The notes: a model not told the origin generated them from the sequence alone. 64,000 bases of DNA from Pseudomonadota bacterium (GCA_038527765.1 JBCBFK010000004.1:192970-256969); one strand, 5' to 3'; positions 43,050 through 53,728 are shown, counted from the stretch's first letter. Numbers and translations are program-made.

Positions 43050-44037
43050 GGGCGGCCATAGCTGTCTCTATCAGCTTGTAACTCTCAATTCGCGTGTCCA
43101 CGTGATCGGTAATGGAGAGCATGAAAATCTCGCTGGCGCGGGTATCTTGCGCGGTTTCTGCGAGGCGTTGCGAAACGCTTTGCGCGCTCCCGACGATCCC
43201 GCGTTGCGGGGCTTCGAGCGGGGATTGCTCTAGATAGGCGAGCGCATCGTCCGTGCGGAGATAGGGCATGAACTGACCGGCCCCACGGCTGAGCGCCCAG
43301 GCTTTGATCGGCGCCGCAAGGCGGTCCGCTTCGGCATCTGTCTCTGCGGCGAGAACAACAAGCCCGATCCCAGCATAGGGTTCAGTGCAGAAGGGCGAGG
43401 GCTCGAACGCCTCGTGATAGGCGTCGAGCGCATCCTTCGCGCCGCCCGGATTGAGGAAGTCGGCAAAGGCGAGCTTCACGCCCATCTGACCCGCGAAGGC
43501 TGCAGATCCCGGCGATGAGCAAAGCATCCATAGATCGGCGCGTGGGCCTGGCGGATTGGCGGCAATGCCCTGCGCACGATGATCCCCCGGGAAGAGCGCT
43601 TCACCGCTTGCATCCAACATCCAATCCATCAACATGCGCAGCATCGTCGGAAAATTCTGCCCGCCCGGTCCAAGCAGCGCCGCCGAGGTGCGCGGATCGG
43701 CGCCGGTGGCGCGTCCCAAGCCAATTTCGATGCGACCGGGGTAGAGTTGAGACAGGCTTTGACCCCATTCTGCAACTTTCAGGGGTGAATAATTCGGCAG
43801 CATAATCCCGCCAGACCCGAGCACGATCCGAGAGGTCCGCGCCGCCAGGTCGGCCATGAGCACTTCCGGCGTCGTGCCAGCAAAACTCCGTGCATTGTGG
43901 TGCTCTTGGACCCAATAAGAGCGAAATGACATGTCATCTGCCGCCTTCGCCAGCGCGCGCGTTTCATTTAATGCATCAGCGGCGGTTCGGCCTTGAAAAA
44001 TGGGCGATGGATCCAGGATTGAGAGCGTTGGCAGCAT
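43030..44037 (-). CDS. LLM class (luciferase-like) flavin-dependent oxidoreductase
   Basis: The layout is typical: LSILDPSPIFQG..., YWVQEHHN, then GSGGIMLPNYSPLKVAE. ATG 44037 is preferred over the longest ORF. Confidence 0.85.
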   Translation of the reverse strand: MLPTLSILDPSPIFQGRTAADALNETRALAKAADDMSFRSYWVQEHHNARSFAGTTPEVLMADLAARTSRIVLGSGGIMLPNYSPLKVAEWGQSLSQLYPGRIEIGLGRATGADPRTSAALLGPGGQNFPTMLRMLMDWMLDASGEALFPGDHRAQGIAANPPGPRADLWMLCSSPGSAAFAGQMGVKLAFADFLNPGGAKDALDAYHEAFEPSPFCTEPYAGIGLVVLAAETDAEADRLAAPIKAWALSRGAGQFMPYLRTDDALAYLEQSPLEAPQRGIVGSAQSVSQRLAETAQDTRASEIFMLSITDHVDTRIESYKLIETAMAALTEVSA

Positions 44038-44094
44038 GGCCTCTAGATAAGGGGGCGACATGGCGCATCGCAAGGCCTTTCGAGCGTGGCGCAT

Positions 44095-45408
44095 TCACCC
44101 TGAGATCAGATGGAAGAAAGATCCGGAAGTTCGCCCGCGGACAGATCCAGAATTCGGCATCAGATTGCCTTTGGCATCCGTAATCTCGGCGAGCGGTGCA
44201 TCGGGTTGTTCGAGAATTGTGGAATAGTGGTATTCATGGCCAATCAATAGCGTTCCGGTGTCAAATCCGGCCACGGGCGATTTCAAAACCGCGCGGCGAT
44301 ATCCGAGGTGCAAGCGTCGTTCCTCAAAAGAGGTCACGAGGCCGAGCAATCCTGCCATCCTGTGCCGCGTGCCATCAGCATCAATGATCGCTTCCCCCAT
44401 GACCATATAGCCACCACACTCTCCGTGCACGGGTTTTTCTGCTGCATGCGCTTTGAGGCCGTTGAGGAAGGTAGAGCAGGCGGTCAGCGCGCCAGCATGA
44501 AGTTCGGGATAACCACCTGGCAGCCAGACGATATCGGCGCTCGCGTCAGGAGCTTCATTTGCCAGTGGCGAGAAGGGCATGACCTCCGCGCCCGCGGCGC
44601 GCCATCCGCTCAACAAATGCGGATAGGTGAAGGAAAACGCAGCGTCTTGGGCGAGTGCGATGCGCTGAGCGGGTGGAGGCACTGGGGCTCCGCTTTCGCT
44701 TGGCGCACACCCTCGCGCTGACAGGCGCACGGCGTCCAGGTCGACATGGTCACGCACGAGCTGCGCTATCTCTGCTATTGTTGAATGAAGTTCGGGCAGT
44801 TCCGTCGCCTGGACGAGGCCCAAATGGCGTTCCGGGAGTTTCGTGTCCGGTCTACGGGGCAGGGCGCCGAGCACATTTAGTCCGGCGGCTTCCATGCCAT
44901 CACGCGCAAGCTTTTCGTGGTAGGGGCTGGCGCACCTGTTCAAGATGACCCCAGCAAATGGCAGGTCCGGATCGAAGAGCGTGAAGCCAAGTGCGCTGGC
45001 AGCAGCAGACTGTGCTTGCCCGCTGACATCAACGACCAGGACAACTGGCCATCCCATGGTTTTCGCCGTTTCGGCGCTCAAGCCATGTCCAGATCGTCCG
45101 CGAGCTTCTACGCCATCGAACAGACCCATCGACCCTTCCGCAATGCAAAGGTCGGCGTCTGCCCCGTGTTTCGCGATCGCTGCGAACATCGCCTCACTCA
45201 TGGCCCATGTATCCAGATTGAACGAGGCGCGCTGAGTGGCCGCGCGATGAAATGCCGGATCGATATAGTCCGGGCCGGATTTAAACGGCTGAACGATGAG
45301 TCCCGTTTCAGTGAGCGCACGCATCAAGCCCAGCGCGATTGTCGTTTTGCCCGCTCCCGAATTTGGTGCGGAAATCAACAGTCCTGGGGGAAACGTCTGA
45401 TCAGTCAT
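44095..45408 (-). CDS. cobB: Cobyrinate a,c-diamide synthase (CobB/CbiA family amidotransferase)
   Basis: 437 aa from ATG 45408, with an N-terminal P-loop (SGAGKTT), a C-terminal GATase with nucleophile GECGGYM, and GHEYHYS. Confidence 0.88.
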   Translation of the reverse strand: MTDQTFPPGLLISAPNSGAGKTTIALGLMRALTETGLIVQPFKSGPDYIDPAFHRAATQRASFNLDTWAMSEAMFAAIAKHGADADLCIAEGSMGLFDGVEARGRSGHGLSAETAKTMGWPVVLVVDVSGQAQSAAASALGFTLFDPDLPFAGVILNRCASPYHEKLARDGMEAAGLNVLGALPRRPDTKLPERHLGLVQATELPELHSTIAEIAQLVRDHVDLDAVRLSARGCAPSESGAPVPPPAQRIALAQDAAFSFTYPHLLSGWRAAGAEVMPFSPLANEAPDASADIVWLPGGYPELHAGALTACSTFLNGLKAHAAEKPVHGECGGYMVMGEAIIDADGTRHRMAGLLGLVTSFEERRLHLGYRRAVLKSPVAGFDTGTLLIGHEYHYSTILEQPDAPLAEITDAKGNLMPNSGSVRGRTSGSFFHLISG

Positions 45409-45585
45409 GCGAAGATTGATCTGGCATGTATTTCTCCTGCCTCGCCCCCAAAATCGACGCAGCTGATGGAAAGTTCCATAAGAACTTATTCTCAATGCGT
45501 CCACCACGGTCTCGGCGATGGAGCATATGGGTTCCATGCTTTGAAATGTAGGGTATGGAAAACGCGGAGCAGTTTGGAGTTTCAC

Positions 45586-48291
45586 ATGCGCCTATGGATT
45601 GTCGCGACCGTTATTGGGATCTTGGCCGCGTGCACGGCGCCGTTAGCGGGCGAACCGGTTCCTCCGGTCGATCTTGAGGAAATCGTTGCTGCTGCACCCA
45701 AAGGTCCGTTGCCCGAGAGTCCTTATCCTACGCATGTCGCGCTCGATTTACTGCTCGATCCACGCGATACGAGGTTTGGCGGTACGGTGACCAAAACTCT
45801 TCGGCTGGACGCAGAGGCGCGAGGGCTCTACTTGCACGGCCGCGATCTGGATGTGACGGCGGTACGGTCAAAAATTGGCGACGCTGACCCGGTAACCGGG
45901 AGTTGGACTCTGGCGCTTGAGTCGGGTGTCGCCTGGCTCGATTTTGGTCAAATCGTTGCACCGGGTGAAGTCATTGTCGAAATCGATTATTCCGCGCCCT
46001 TTGATGCCAATCTTTCCGGGCTGTTCAAAGTCACGGAGCAGGGGGATGCTTATGCGTTGGCAAAATCCGAGAGCATTCAGGCGCGCCGGTTTATGCCCGG
46101 TTTCGACCAACCTGCTTTTAAGGCGCCTTATGACATCACACTGACGATTCCTGAGGGGGACTCGGCGATCAGCAATGGCCCGGAGCAAACGGTCGAGGTG
46201 CTGGACGGTGGATTGAAACGCGTCACATTCGAAACCACGCGTCCCCTGCCGACCTACCTATTATCGCTCGCTGTCGGAAGCTTTGATGTTGTCGACGCAG
46301 GCGTTTTACCGCCCAATCGCGTCCGGTCTGAGCCGATCCCGCTCAGGGGCTTCGCGCGGCGCGGTAAAGGCGACGAACTCGCGTTTGCGCTTGAGACCGC
46401 ACCAGAACTGGTGCGAATTTTTGAAGAGGCACTGCAACAGCCCTATCCCTACAAGAAGCTCGACATTGTCGCCGCCCCGCAATGGCCATCCGGCGCCACC
46501 GAGCTGGCCGCCGCGATCACCTATCGCGAAAGTCGTATCCTCGCGAGCCCGGAGATCGGGCCCGCAGCTCGCCGCAGTTTGCTGGCGATCCATGCCCATG
46601 AAGTGGGTCATATGTGGTTCGGTAATCTGGTGACTCCGCCCTGGTGGGATGATCTTTGGCTGAAGGAAGGGTTTGCCAGTTGGGGTGAGGGCGCCAGCCT
46701 CTCGGTTATGTATCCGGGCGAGGGATATGAACTCGACGCGATTGCAGACGGCATCCGCGCCATGGGACTCGACAGTCTCGCCAGTGCCCGTGCCGTTCGA
46801 GAACCCATCGCACTCAACGAAAATGTTCGGAACGCTTACGACTCGATTACATACAATAAGGGCCTTGCCGTGATTGGGATGGTTGATGCGTATTTCGGAG
46901 CTGACGTCTTCAGGCCAGCGCTCGGACGTTATGTTGAGGCCTATGAAGATGGCGTCGCCGATAGTCCGGAATTTTTTGACATTATCGGCGAAGAAACCGG
47001 TGAGCCCGATCTCACTCGCGCGTTTCGGAGTTTTGTCGAGCAGAATGGTCTGCCGTTGATTACTATCTCAGAGGCAGTCCCGAACACCTACACTTGGACC
47101 CAATCGCGCTATGCACCTCTTGGAAGCACGATCGAGTCAGACCGCATGTGGACCATACCGCTGTGCTGGCGGTCGCAATCATCGACTGGACGCATGCGAG
47201 CTTGCAGCCTGAAAGCGCAGAAAGAAACGCGTATGGTGATTGCGCCGATCGATGACGATAGCAGCGAGCTGGAATGGTTGCTCCCGAACGCGGGTGGAAC
47301 GGGCTACTATCGCTTCTCATTACCCTTTGAGATGTGGCAAGATCTCGGACGGAATTTCGATGCATTGAGCGATGCTGAGCAGCTTGTCACGCTCGACAGC
47401 ATCGGGGCTGAATTCGCCGCCGGGCGGATCGGCGTGGATACAGTCTGGCGCTTTATCGATGAAGCGGTGCGGGATGATGAACGCCGGGTTGTGCAAGCGG
47501 CGATGCGAGAAGCGGGACGGTTTTCCCAGCGCGTGGCCGGCGATGAAGCGGCATCGGACGGGTTTCGCTCAAGCGTGATTGATGTTTTCAGATGGCGCTA
47601 CGAGGCGCTCGGCCAAGTTGGTGGAGATGATCCGGAACAAGAGATCCTGAAGTCGAGCCTCGAAAGATTCTTGATCCAAACGGGTGAAGATCTCACCTTG
47701 AGACAAGGGCTTGCCGATGCCGCAGCCGCCTGTATCGGTCTGGAGGGCGTGCAGTCTGACCGAACCCTCAACACGGATGAATATTTGTCCGCTCTGGCGA
47801 TTGGAATGCAGGTTTATGGCGAGGCCTTCCTGGATCAGTTGCTGGACGCACGACTGACCTTTGATGATCCCGTCTTTGAACAAGGCGTCGCTTACGCGAT
47901 CGGCCAAAACCGTGATCCTGCGCTCGTAGACCGCATCCTAGCGCTCGCTCTGTCGGGTGACCTCGGCAGCCGCGAGTCCCTGACGATTGTTCAGGGACAA
48001 ATGAATCAGTCCGCGACGCGGGATCAGACCTGGGCTTGGGTGCAAGCAAACTTCCCGGCTTATTTGGAGGTCATTCCGCGACAACGAAAACGCGCAAGCC
48101 CCGCGCTCGGAGCGTCTTTGTGTTCAGAACCTGAACGAGACGCGCTGGTTGCTCTGTTTGATCAGTATGGTGATCTGGCAGAAGGTCACGAGCGCTCGCT
48201 CAAGCAAACGGTGGAGCGGATCGAACTCTGCGCAGCGCTCGAAGCGGCAAAGGGTGCAGAGGTTCGAGCCTTCTTTGCGGGTGAACTCTAA
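45586..48291 (+). CDS. M1 family aminopeptidase (aminopeptidase N-like), lipoprotein
   Basis: ATG 45586 gives a signal peptide and lipobox (VIGILAAC). The zinc motif is HEVGHMWFGNLVT...WLKEGFASW. The 223 upstream codons of the ORF run antisense to cobB and are rejected. Confidence 0.9.
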   Translation: MRLWIVATVIGILAACTAPLAGEPVPPVDLEEIVAAAPKGPLPESPYPTHVALDLLLDPRDTRFGGTVTKTLRLDAEARGLYLHGRDLDVTAVRSKIGDADPVTGSWTLALESGVAWLDFGQIVAPGEVIVEIDYSAPFDANLSGLFKVTEQGDAYALAKSESIQARRFMPGFDQPAFKAPYDITLTIPEGDSAISNGPEQTVEVLDGGLKRVTFETTRPLPTYLLSLAVGSFDVVDAGVLPPNRVRSEPIPLRGFARRGKGDELAFALETAPELVRIFEEALQQPYPYKKLDIVAAPQWPSGATELAAAITYRESRILASPEIGPAARRSLLAIHAHEVGHMWFGNLVTPPWWDDLWLKEGFASWGEGASLSVMYPGEGYELDAIADGIRAMGLDSLASARAVREPIALNENVRNAYDSITYNKGLAVIGMVDAYFGADVFRPALGRYVEAYEDGVADSPEFFDIIGEETGEPDLTRAFRSFVEQNGLPLITISEAVPNTYTWTQSRYAPLGSTIESDRMWTIPLCWRSQSSTGRMRACSLKAQKETRMVIAPIDDDSSELEWLLPNAGGTGYYRFSLPFEMWQDLGRNFDALSDAEQLVTLDSIGAEFAAGRIGVDTVWRFIDEAVRDDERRVVQAAMREAGRFSQRVAGDEAASDGFRSSVIDVFRWRYEALGQVGGDDPEQEILKSSLERFLIQTGEDLTLRQGLADAAAACIGLEGVQSDRTLNTDEYLSALAIGMQVYGEAFLDQLLDARLTFDDPVFEQGVAYAIGQNRDPALVDRILALALSGDLGSRESLTIVQGQMNQSATRDQTWAWVQANFPAYLEVIPRQRKRASPALGASLCSEPERDALVALFDQYGDLAEGHERSLKQTVERIELCAALEAAKGAEVRAFFAGEL

Positions 48292-48297
48292 GCCAGA

Positions 48298-50853
48298 TTA
48301 ATCGTTCGGCGCTCGCTCAGGGTCCTCGTCGTCTTCCTCGGGCTCTTCAGTGCGCGTGCCGAACAACGCGCCGAGCGCCCGGCTTCGGAGCTCATCTTCA
48401 AGGCTCGGGGAGTTGTCTTCAGTGCCCGTTTGAGATGTCGAGCCGACGATCTCATTGATGATGCTCCCCGCGTCGCCGCCGATGCGGCTGGAGATTTCGT
48501 CGACGGCGCGGCTTTGAAGTCGTGAGGTGAGTTCTGCTCGAACCGCTGAAGAGTCGAGCCCGAAACCAACATTGGACCAGCTCCCTGAGACCCGCACGGG
48601 AATAGGGATATCGCCAATTCCAATGGTTGATCCGGCACCGGCAGCATTGACATCAATGCGCGGTGTCAGGCGAATGTCCAAGGTTCGCGCCCCAAGATCA
48701 ATCTGACCGGAGCCAAAAATTCCGATGACCGGATTGTCGATGCTGAGATCTGTGAGCGTTGCTACCCCATTTTGGATCTCAAGACTGCCTAAAAACTTCG
48801 AAAAGTCGGTTGTGGCACTTGGCGAGAACGCTTCCTGAAAGCTTGCAATCGTCAAACTACCGCTGCCCATTAAGTCCTGGAGGTTTGAAGCGTTTTGAAC
48901 CAATTTGGTCAGGTTCATACCTCGCAAGGCGCCATCATTGAGATCCGTTTCGAAGGAGCCGTCCAGGCCGTTGATGAGGGCTTTGAGACTGTTGCCCTCA
49001 GAGGATAGATCAAGCTGCACATCGCCAAGACCGTTGAGATTTTGGAAGCCGGTGAGGGCGGTCAGCATCTCCTGCGCGGCAATCCCATTCGCGAGGGCCT
49101 CGATCTCAAGCCGAGGGGTGGTGCGAGAGGCGTCCAGGACGAGGTCGCCTGACCAATTGCCTTGGAAGACGCGAAACCCGGGTCGGTTGTCATCCTGACG
49201 GAACACAGCTGACAAGCGACCGTCATCTAATTGGGTGCTGAGCAGCGCATCTCTTAGGGTGATCTGATCAAGAATGACCTCATCCGCTTCGACCGAGACG
49301 GTCGCATTCAGCGCTTTCAGACTGGCAAGGTCGAGCGGGGTATCATCCCAGTCTTCATTCAAGCTCGGCTCCGTATCCGTCTGTTGAGATCCACTGCCAA
49401 GGAAAGGAGTTAAATCGAGGCGTGATATTGATAGGTCTGCGATCACGCGAGGCGTGTTGCCGCGCAAGTCGGCACCAACTGTGCCGGTTGCAACTGTGTC
49501 ATCGATCGTAAATGTGGCGCCGTTCAATGAGGGCGCCATCACGGTTCCCGTCGTTTGACCCGAAATCTCAAAATCGTTGAGCGTGTCACCCTCTGCGAGC
49601 TCGATCTCCAGCGCCGAGAGGACGGCTCGCGGATTGTCGCTTGCGATGTTCAAGGCGCCATCAATGGCCTGATCGCCAGCAAGATTGAGTGCGCCGGTAT
49701 AATCCGTGGTCAGGTTCTCGCCGCGCTGCTTAAGCTCGATGCCGGTCAGAGCCGGGGCCGTCACAGGGCCTGTGAGCGTCGCCTTAACATCGACATTGCC
49801 GAGCATGGTGAGCAACGGTATCAGCGTGTGCCCCGGTTTTAGAAGGCGCTGCGCATCCGCTGCATTCATATCAATCGTGCCATTCAATGTGGGAATTTCA
49901 CCCAGCTGCACGCCGCCTGTGAATTCCAAGTTCAAGCCTGTTGCGGCTAGGTCCAGGAACTCAAAGTTCAAAGCCGCGTCGGTCGCGGAGCCCTTGATCG
50001 TCCCGCGCGCTTTGATTGACTCGAGTGCGCTCGCGATGATGGGTAAATCCTGATCCCCAAGGATGGACAGTACGTCACCGATTGTTTCAGACGACGCATC
50101 AAACGTCCCATCAAGAAGGGGCGCGTCTGACAGGGTCAACGCGCCTTCATAACTATAGTCGCCATAGATCGTTCCCACACTCGCGGCGAGCGAAACGGCT
50201 TCCTGGGCCGTAAGCGCGGCGATCGTCTCAAGCCTGATATTGTAATCGAAGGGTTGGCCATTGATATTGCCTTCGCCGTCGGAGGAGAAGGGCTGATCAA
50301 AAGCGGTAAGCCGCGCGGTCGCGTTGAAATCCGTTAGCGCGTAATTGGCGTCCGTGGTCCAGTCACGATAGTAGACCGAGGTGTTGGATAAGGCGGCGCG
50401 ATCTATTCCGGTTTCAAAACCGTTTCCTTCCGATTCAGTTCCAGGCTCCTGAGGCGCAGCTTCGCCTGAACCAAACTCCCAGTTTGCCGTTCCATCGGCC
50501 AGGCGTTCCAACCGCACAGTCGCGTCTTCGAGTTTGATCTGGGCAATCTCCACGCGGCTCGACAGCAATGGCAACAGTTTTACGCTCGCCCGCAAACTGC
50601 CGGCTTCGATCATCAGGGGATCCGAGAAGCCGTCAGGGTTTGCCACTTCGACGCCATCGACACGGGCTGAGATCGTCGGGAAAACAGACAGGCTCGCTTC
50701 CCCATTCAGAATGACATCCCGTCCCAAAGCCTGGGTCGCAGCGGACTCTATCTGCGCTTTGTACACTGATGATGGGATCAAGAATGGCACGATCGCAATG
50801 ATCGCAATCAGCAGCGCCGCGATGGCCCCAAAGATGATCAATAGACGTTTCAT
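48298..50853 (-). CDS. AsmA family outer-membrane biogenesis protein
   Basis: About 851 aa with an N-terminal TM anchor (MKRLLIIFGAIAALLIAIIAIVPF), a long repetitive beta-rich periplasmic region, and an acidic C-terminal tail. Confidence 0.85.
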   Translation of the reverse strand: MKRLLIIFGAIAALLIAIIAIVPFLIPSSVYKAQIESAATQALGRDVILNGEASLSVFPTISARVDGVEVANPDGFSDPLMIEAGSLRASVKLLPLLSSRVEIAQIKLEDATVRLERLADGTANWEFGSGEAAPQEPGTESEGNGFETGIDRAALSNTSVYYRDWTTDANYALTDFNATARLTAFDQPFSSDGEGNINGQPFDYNIRLETIAALTAQEAVSLAASVGTIYGDYSYEGALTLSDAPLLDGTFDASSETIGDVLSILGDQDLPIIASALESIKARGTIKGSATDAALNFEFLDLAATGLNLEFTGGVQLGEIPTLNGTIDMNAADAQRLLKPGHTLIPLLTMLGNVDVKATLTGPVTAPALTGIELKQRGENLTTDYTGALNLAGDQAIDGALNIASDNPRAVLSALEIELAEGDTLNDFEISGQTTGTVMAPSLNGATFTIDDTVATGTVGADLRGNTPRVIADLSISRLDLTPFLGSGSQQTDTEPSLNEDWDDTPLDLASLKALNATVSVEADEVILDQITLRDALLSTQLDDGRLSAVFRQDDNRPGFRVFQGNWSGDLVLDASRTTPRLEIEALANGIAAQEMLTALTGFQNLNGLGDVQLDLSSEGNSLKALINGLDGSFETDLNDGALRGMNLTKLVQNASNLQDLMGSGSLTIASFQEAFSPSATTDFSKFLGSLEIQNGVATLTDLSIDNPVIGIFGSGQIDLGARTLDIRLTPRIDVNAAGAGSTIGIGDIPIPVRVSGSWSNVGFGLDSSAVRAELTSRLQSRAVDEISSRIGGDAGSIINEIVGSTSQTGTEDNSPSLEDELRSRALGALFGTRTEEPEEDDEDPERAPND

Positions 50854-50991
50854 AGGAGGAACCTGCCCGTTTTTCTCTGTATCAAAGGTGAATAGCTGCA
50901 TCTGATGTCAAAGTCATGGCAATTGCCGCTTGACCCCAAAAAAGGCCCCGTATAGATCACCTGTTCACCGCTTCGGCGGCGAAGCCCATGC

Positions 50992-51068
50992 GCGGGTGTA
51001 GCTCAGTTGGTTAGAGTACCGGCCTGTCACGCCGGGGGTCGCGGGTTCGAGTCCCGTCACTCGCGCCA
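50992..51068 (+). tRNA. tRNA-Asp (anticodon GTC), CCA encoded
   Basis: Cloverleaf read by eye: acceptor GCGGGTG/CACTCGC, D arm GCTC..GAGT, anticodon stem CCGGC/GCCGG with loop CTGTCAC, T arm GCGGG-TTCGAGT-CCCGT, and discriminator G. A possible promoter has TTGACC at 50930. Confidence 0.93.
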
Positions 51069-51208
51069 TTTTCTTCGGAAAATTGGTTTTTCGGTTAAGT
51101 GTCTGTTTTTAAACGGAAACAGACGGCCGATCCCTAAGGCCCGATGACAGGGCTTGCAAGATCGGCCTCTCTGCAGGCATGGGTCCGCTGAGGTTTCAGG
51201 CCTTTAGA

Positions 51209-53629
51209 TTACTCCACAACTGTTAGCGTTGTGGATTTGTGAGATTGGGAACTCGACCCGACCATAATTTCGAACGTTCCAGGCTCGACGACGCGGCGCA
51301 TGTCTCGGTCATAGAATTGCAGAGAGGCCGATGTAATTGGGAGTTCGACTTGTTGGCTCTCACCCGGCGCAAGACTAACGCGTTGAAAGCCTTTCAACTC
51401 CATGACCGGCCGGGTGACGCTACTGATCTCATCGCGGATGTACATTTGAACGACCTCGTCCGCGGACACCGGGCCGGTGTTCGTGACCGTCACGCTGACG
51501 CTCGTGCTCCCGTCAGTCGAAATCTCGCTTTGAGACAGGACCGGCTCTGAGATTTCAAACGTGGTGTAGCTCATCCCTTCACCGAAAGCATAAAGCGGGC
51601 TGGTCTCGGTGAAAGCGTATCCGCGCCGCGCGGTTGGCTTATAGTTATAGAAAACCGGGATTTGGCCCACGTTTCGGGGAATCGAGACCGGCATTTTTCC
51701 GCTCGGGGAGACATGCCCCATGAGCAGGTCGGCGACAGCGGTCCCTGTTTCCTGTCCGAGCTGCCAGCCATAGAGAATGGCATCGAAATGGTCCTCGACA
51801 TCGGTGAGGGCTAGCGGACGCCCTGAAATAATGACGCCGACCATCGGGATATCCGTGGCGGCTAAGGCTTCGACGAGTTCGGTTTGCTCTCCAATCAAGG
51901 TAATGTCGTCGCGATCGCCGAGATGCGTTTCGGACCAGGCTTCACGAGACGTCGACTCATCACCTCCAATCGCCAGGATAATGAGATCGGCGCCCTCAAC
52001 AGCGGCGACAGCGTCTTCAATCATCGCCAGGTTTTCAGCCCGATCAGCGAGACTGACCTCATCGTCCCACCAAGATCGATTGTCGGTCAGGCTCACGCCT
52101 TTTGCGTGAGTGATTTCAACTTCGCCCCCAAATGCGGCTTGGAAGCCATCGAGAATGCTGATGGTCTGGCGCGGTTCGTCTGAGTACCCACCGAGCACGG
52201 TGATGTCGCTGTTCGGACCGACAATGGCGACGCGCGTGAGATCTGCTTTGGTGAGAGGAAGAATATCGTTTTCATTCTTCAGCAAAACGGCCGCTTTGTG
52301 CGCCGCTTCAAGCGCGACCGCGCGGGCGTCTGCGTTGCCCGTGAGCGCGTCAGCTTCTTCGCCATTTGCGTATGGATCGTCAAAAACGCCACCGCGCTTT
52401 TTCATCCGAAGGACGCGCTCAACGGCGGTATCAATGACGCCAATATCCAAGTCACCAGCTTCGACAGCCTCTTTCATCTGATAGAAGGCGACGCCATCCG
52501 GCAGTTCGAAATCGACACCGGACTTAATGGCCAACGCCCCTGCGGCTCCGAGTGAGTCCACGAGGCGATGACGAACTTGCAATTCATTGATCGCGAAGTA
52601 ATCCGCCACGACCACCCCATCGAAGCCCCATTCGCCGCGCAGAACGTCATTTAAGAGCCAAGAGTTTGCGTGGCTCGGCACACCATCAATCTCATTATAG
52701 CTTGCCATGACACTCGCAGCATTCGCCTCTTTCACAGCCGCTTCGAAGGGCGGGAAGAAGATTTCGCGCAAGACGCGTTCTGGAAGCTGCGCGGGTCCCA
52801 CATTCATGCCGGCTTCTGGTTGGCCATGACCGGTCATGTGTTTCAATGTAGTGAGAACTTTGCCATCTGGGATGGTCTCACCGGTGCCCTGAAAGCCTTT
52901 GATCGCCGCGACTCCCATCCGGCTGACCAGGTACGGGTCCTCGCCGAACGTCTCTTCGATGCGTCCCCAGCGCGGGTCAAGCGCCACATCGACGACGGGT
53001 GAAAGAACATGATGCACGCCGCGCACGCGGATTTCGCGCGCCGTGATCGAATAAACACGCTCCAAAAGCTCAGGATCAAACGTGCTGGCGAGTGCGATGG
53101 ATTGAGGGAAAGCGGTGGAATAGCGGCCCTGAAAGCCATGCAGGCCTTCCTCGTGGAACAAGGTTGGGATGCCAAGACGCGTTTCCTCAATCATCCATTG
53201 CTGGACGGCATTGGTGAGTTCGACCGTTTCACTCGGCGTGCGAGCGGACATGCGTCGCACCACGGTCGCATCATTTACGTCCTTGCGCTCTTCGGTCTGT
53301 TCCATGCCCATCGTATCTTGCGGCCGCGCGAAACATCCAACGCCATGCGGGTAAGTGGCTTTCATTTTCTCAGGTGAGAAATCGCCGTTTTCATCGAAAA
53401 TCTGCCCCTTGTTGATCCAGATGCAGCTCAGTTGAGCGAGCTTCTCATCCAGGGTCATGTCTGCGATCAGGGCAGCGATTTCAGGGTCAGATGAAATCGG
53501 TACTTCCGCACTGACTTCAACAGGATCATTCGGGAGGACCGGTTCGGGTGCTGAAACAGCTTGGCAAGCTTGCAGCACCAGCCCTGAACTGGCCGCCAAG
53601 ACGAAAGCGTGAAGTGGTTTGATGCGCAA
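51209..53629 (-). CDS. bglX: Glycoside hydrolase family 3 beta-glucosidase, lipoprotein
   Basis: 806 aa with a signal peptide and lipobox (LVLQAC), the GH3 nucleophile block WGFDGVVVADY, and a C-terminal FnIII-like domain. Confidence 0.9.
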   Translation of the reverse strand: MRIKPLHAFVLAASSGLVLQACQAVSAPEPVLPNDPVEVSAEVPISSDPEIAALIADMTLDEKLAQLSCIWINKGQIFDENGDFSPEKMKATYPHGVGCFARPQDTMGMEQTEERKDVNDATVVRRMSARTPSETVELTNAVQQWMIEETRLGIPTLFHEEGLHGFQGRYSTAFPQSIALASTFDPELLERVYSITAREIRVRGVHHVLSPVVDVALDPRWGRIEETFGEDPYLVSRMGVAAIKGFQGTGETIPDGKVLTTLKHMTGHGQPEAGMNVGPAQLPERVLREIFFPPFEAAVKEANAASVMASYNEIDGVPSHANSWLLNDVLRGEWGFDGVVVADYFAINELQVRHRLVDSLGAAGALAIKSGVDFELPDGVAFYQMKEAVEAGDLDIGVIDTAVERVLRMKKRGGVFDDPYANGEEADALTGNADARAVALEAAHKAAVLLKNENDILPLTKADLTRVAIVGPNSDITVLGGYSDEPRQTISILDGFQAAFGGEVEITHAKGVSLTDNRSWWDDEVSLADRAENLAMIEDAVAAVEGADLIILAIGGDESTSREAWSETHLGDRDDITLIGEQTELVEALAATDIPMVGVIISGRPLALTDVEDHFDAILYGWQLGQETGTAVADLLMGHVSPSGKMPVSIPRNVGQIPVFYNYKPTARRGYAFTETSPLYAFGEGMSYTTFEISEPVLSQSEISTDGSTSVSVTVTNTGPVSADEVVQMYIRDEISSVTRPVMELKGFQRVSLAPGESQQVELPITSASLQFYDRDMRRVVEPGTFEIMVGSSSQSHKSTTLTVVE

Positions 53630-53710
53630 AAGAGCCTCCCTGAAATTCGCCGAAGCGTGTCATAATTAGGCGGCAGAATTGACGTGAATCTGAGTATGAA
53701 CCGCCACCTC

Positions 53711-53728
53711 AATGTTAGCGCTAACATT
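53711..53728. promoter_or_regulatory. Perfect 18-bp palindrome AATGTTAGCGCTAACATT, LacI-family-type operator
   Basis: It is centred on CG and fits the generic LacI/GalR half-site pattern TGnnAnCG. It lies in the 272-bp divergent region between the GH3 and GH2 genes. Confidence 0.55.

Noticed and set aside
44917-45585. A 223-codon 5' extension of the M1 aminopeptidase ORF.
   Set aside because: The extension runs antisense through cobB. ATG 45586 gives a proper lipoprotein signal peptide (lipobox LAAC), so the extension is just an open frame.
45409-45585. Possible cobalamin riboswitch upstream of cobB.
   Set aside because: I could find no B12-box-like GCCACUG core or the usual GGUG...AGGGAA elements on the minus strand. 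The region is also short for this riboswitch. A cmscan would settle it.
50992-51208. tRNA-Asp as the attachment site of a genomic island.
   Set aside because: The window contains no integrase, excisionase or phage genes. I saw no direct repeat of the tRNA 3' end downstream. Only weak circumstantial support remains, and it is mentioned in the findings.
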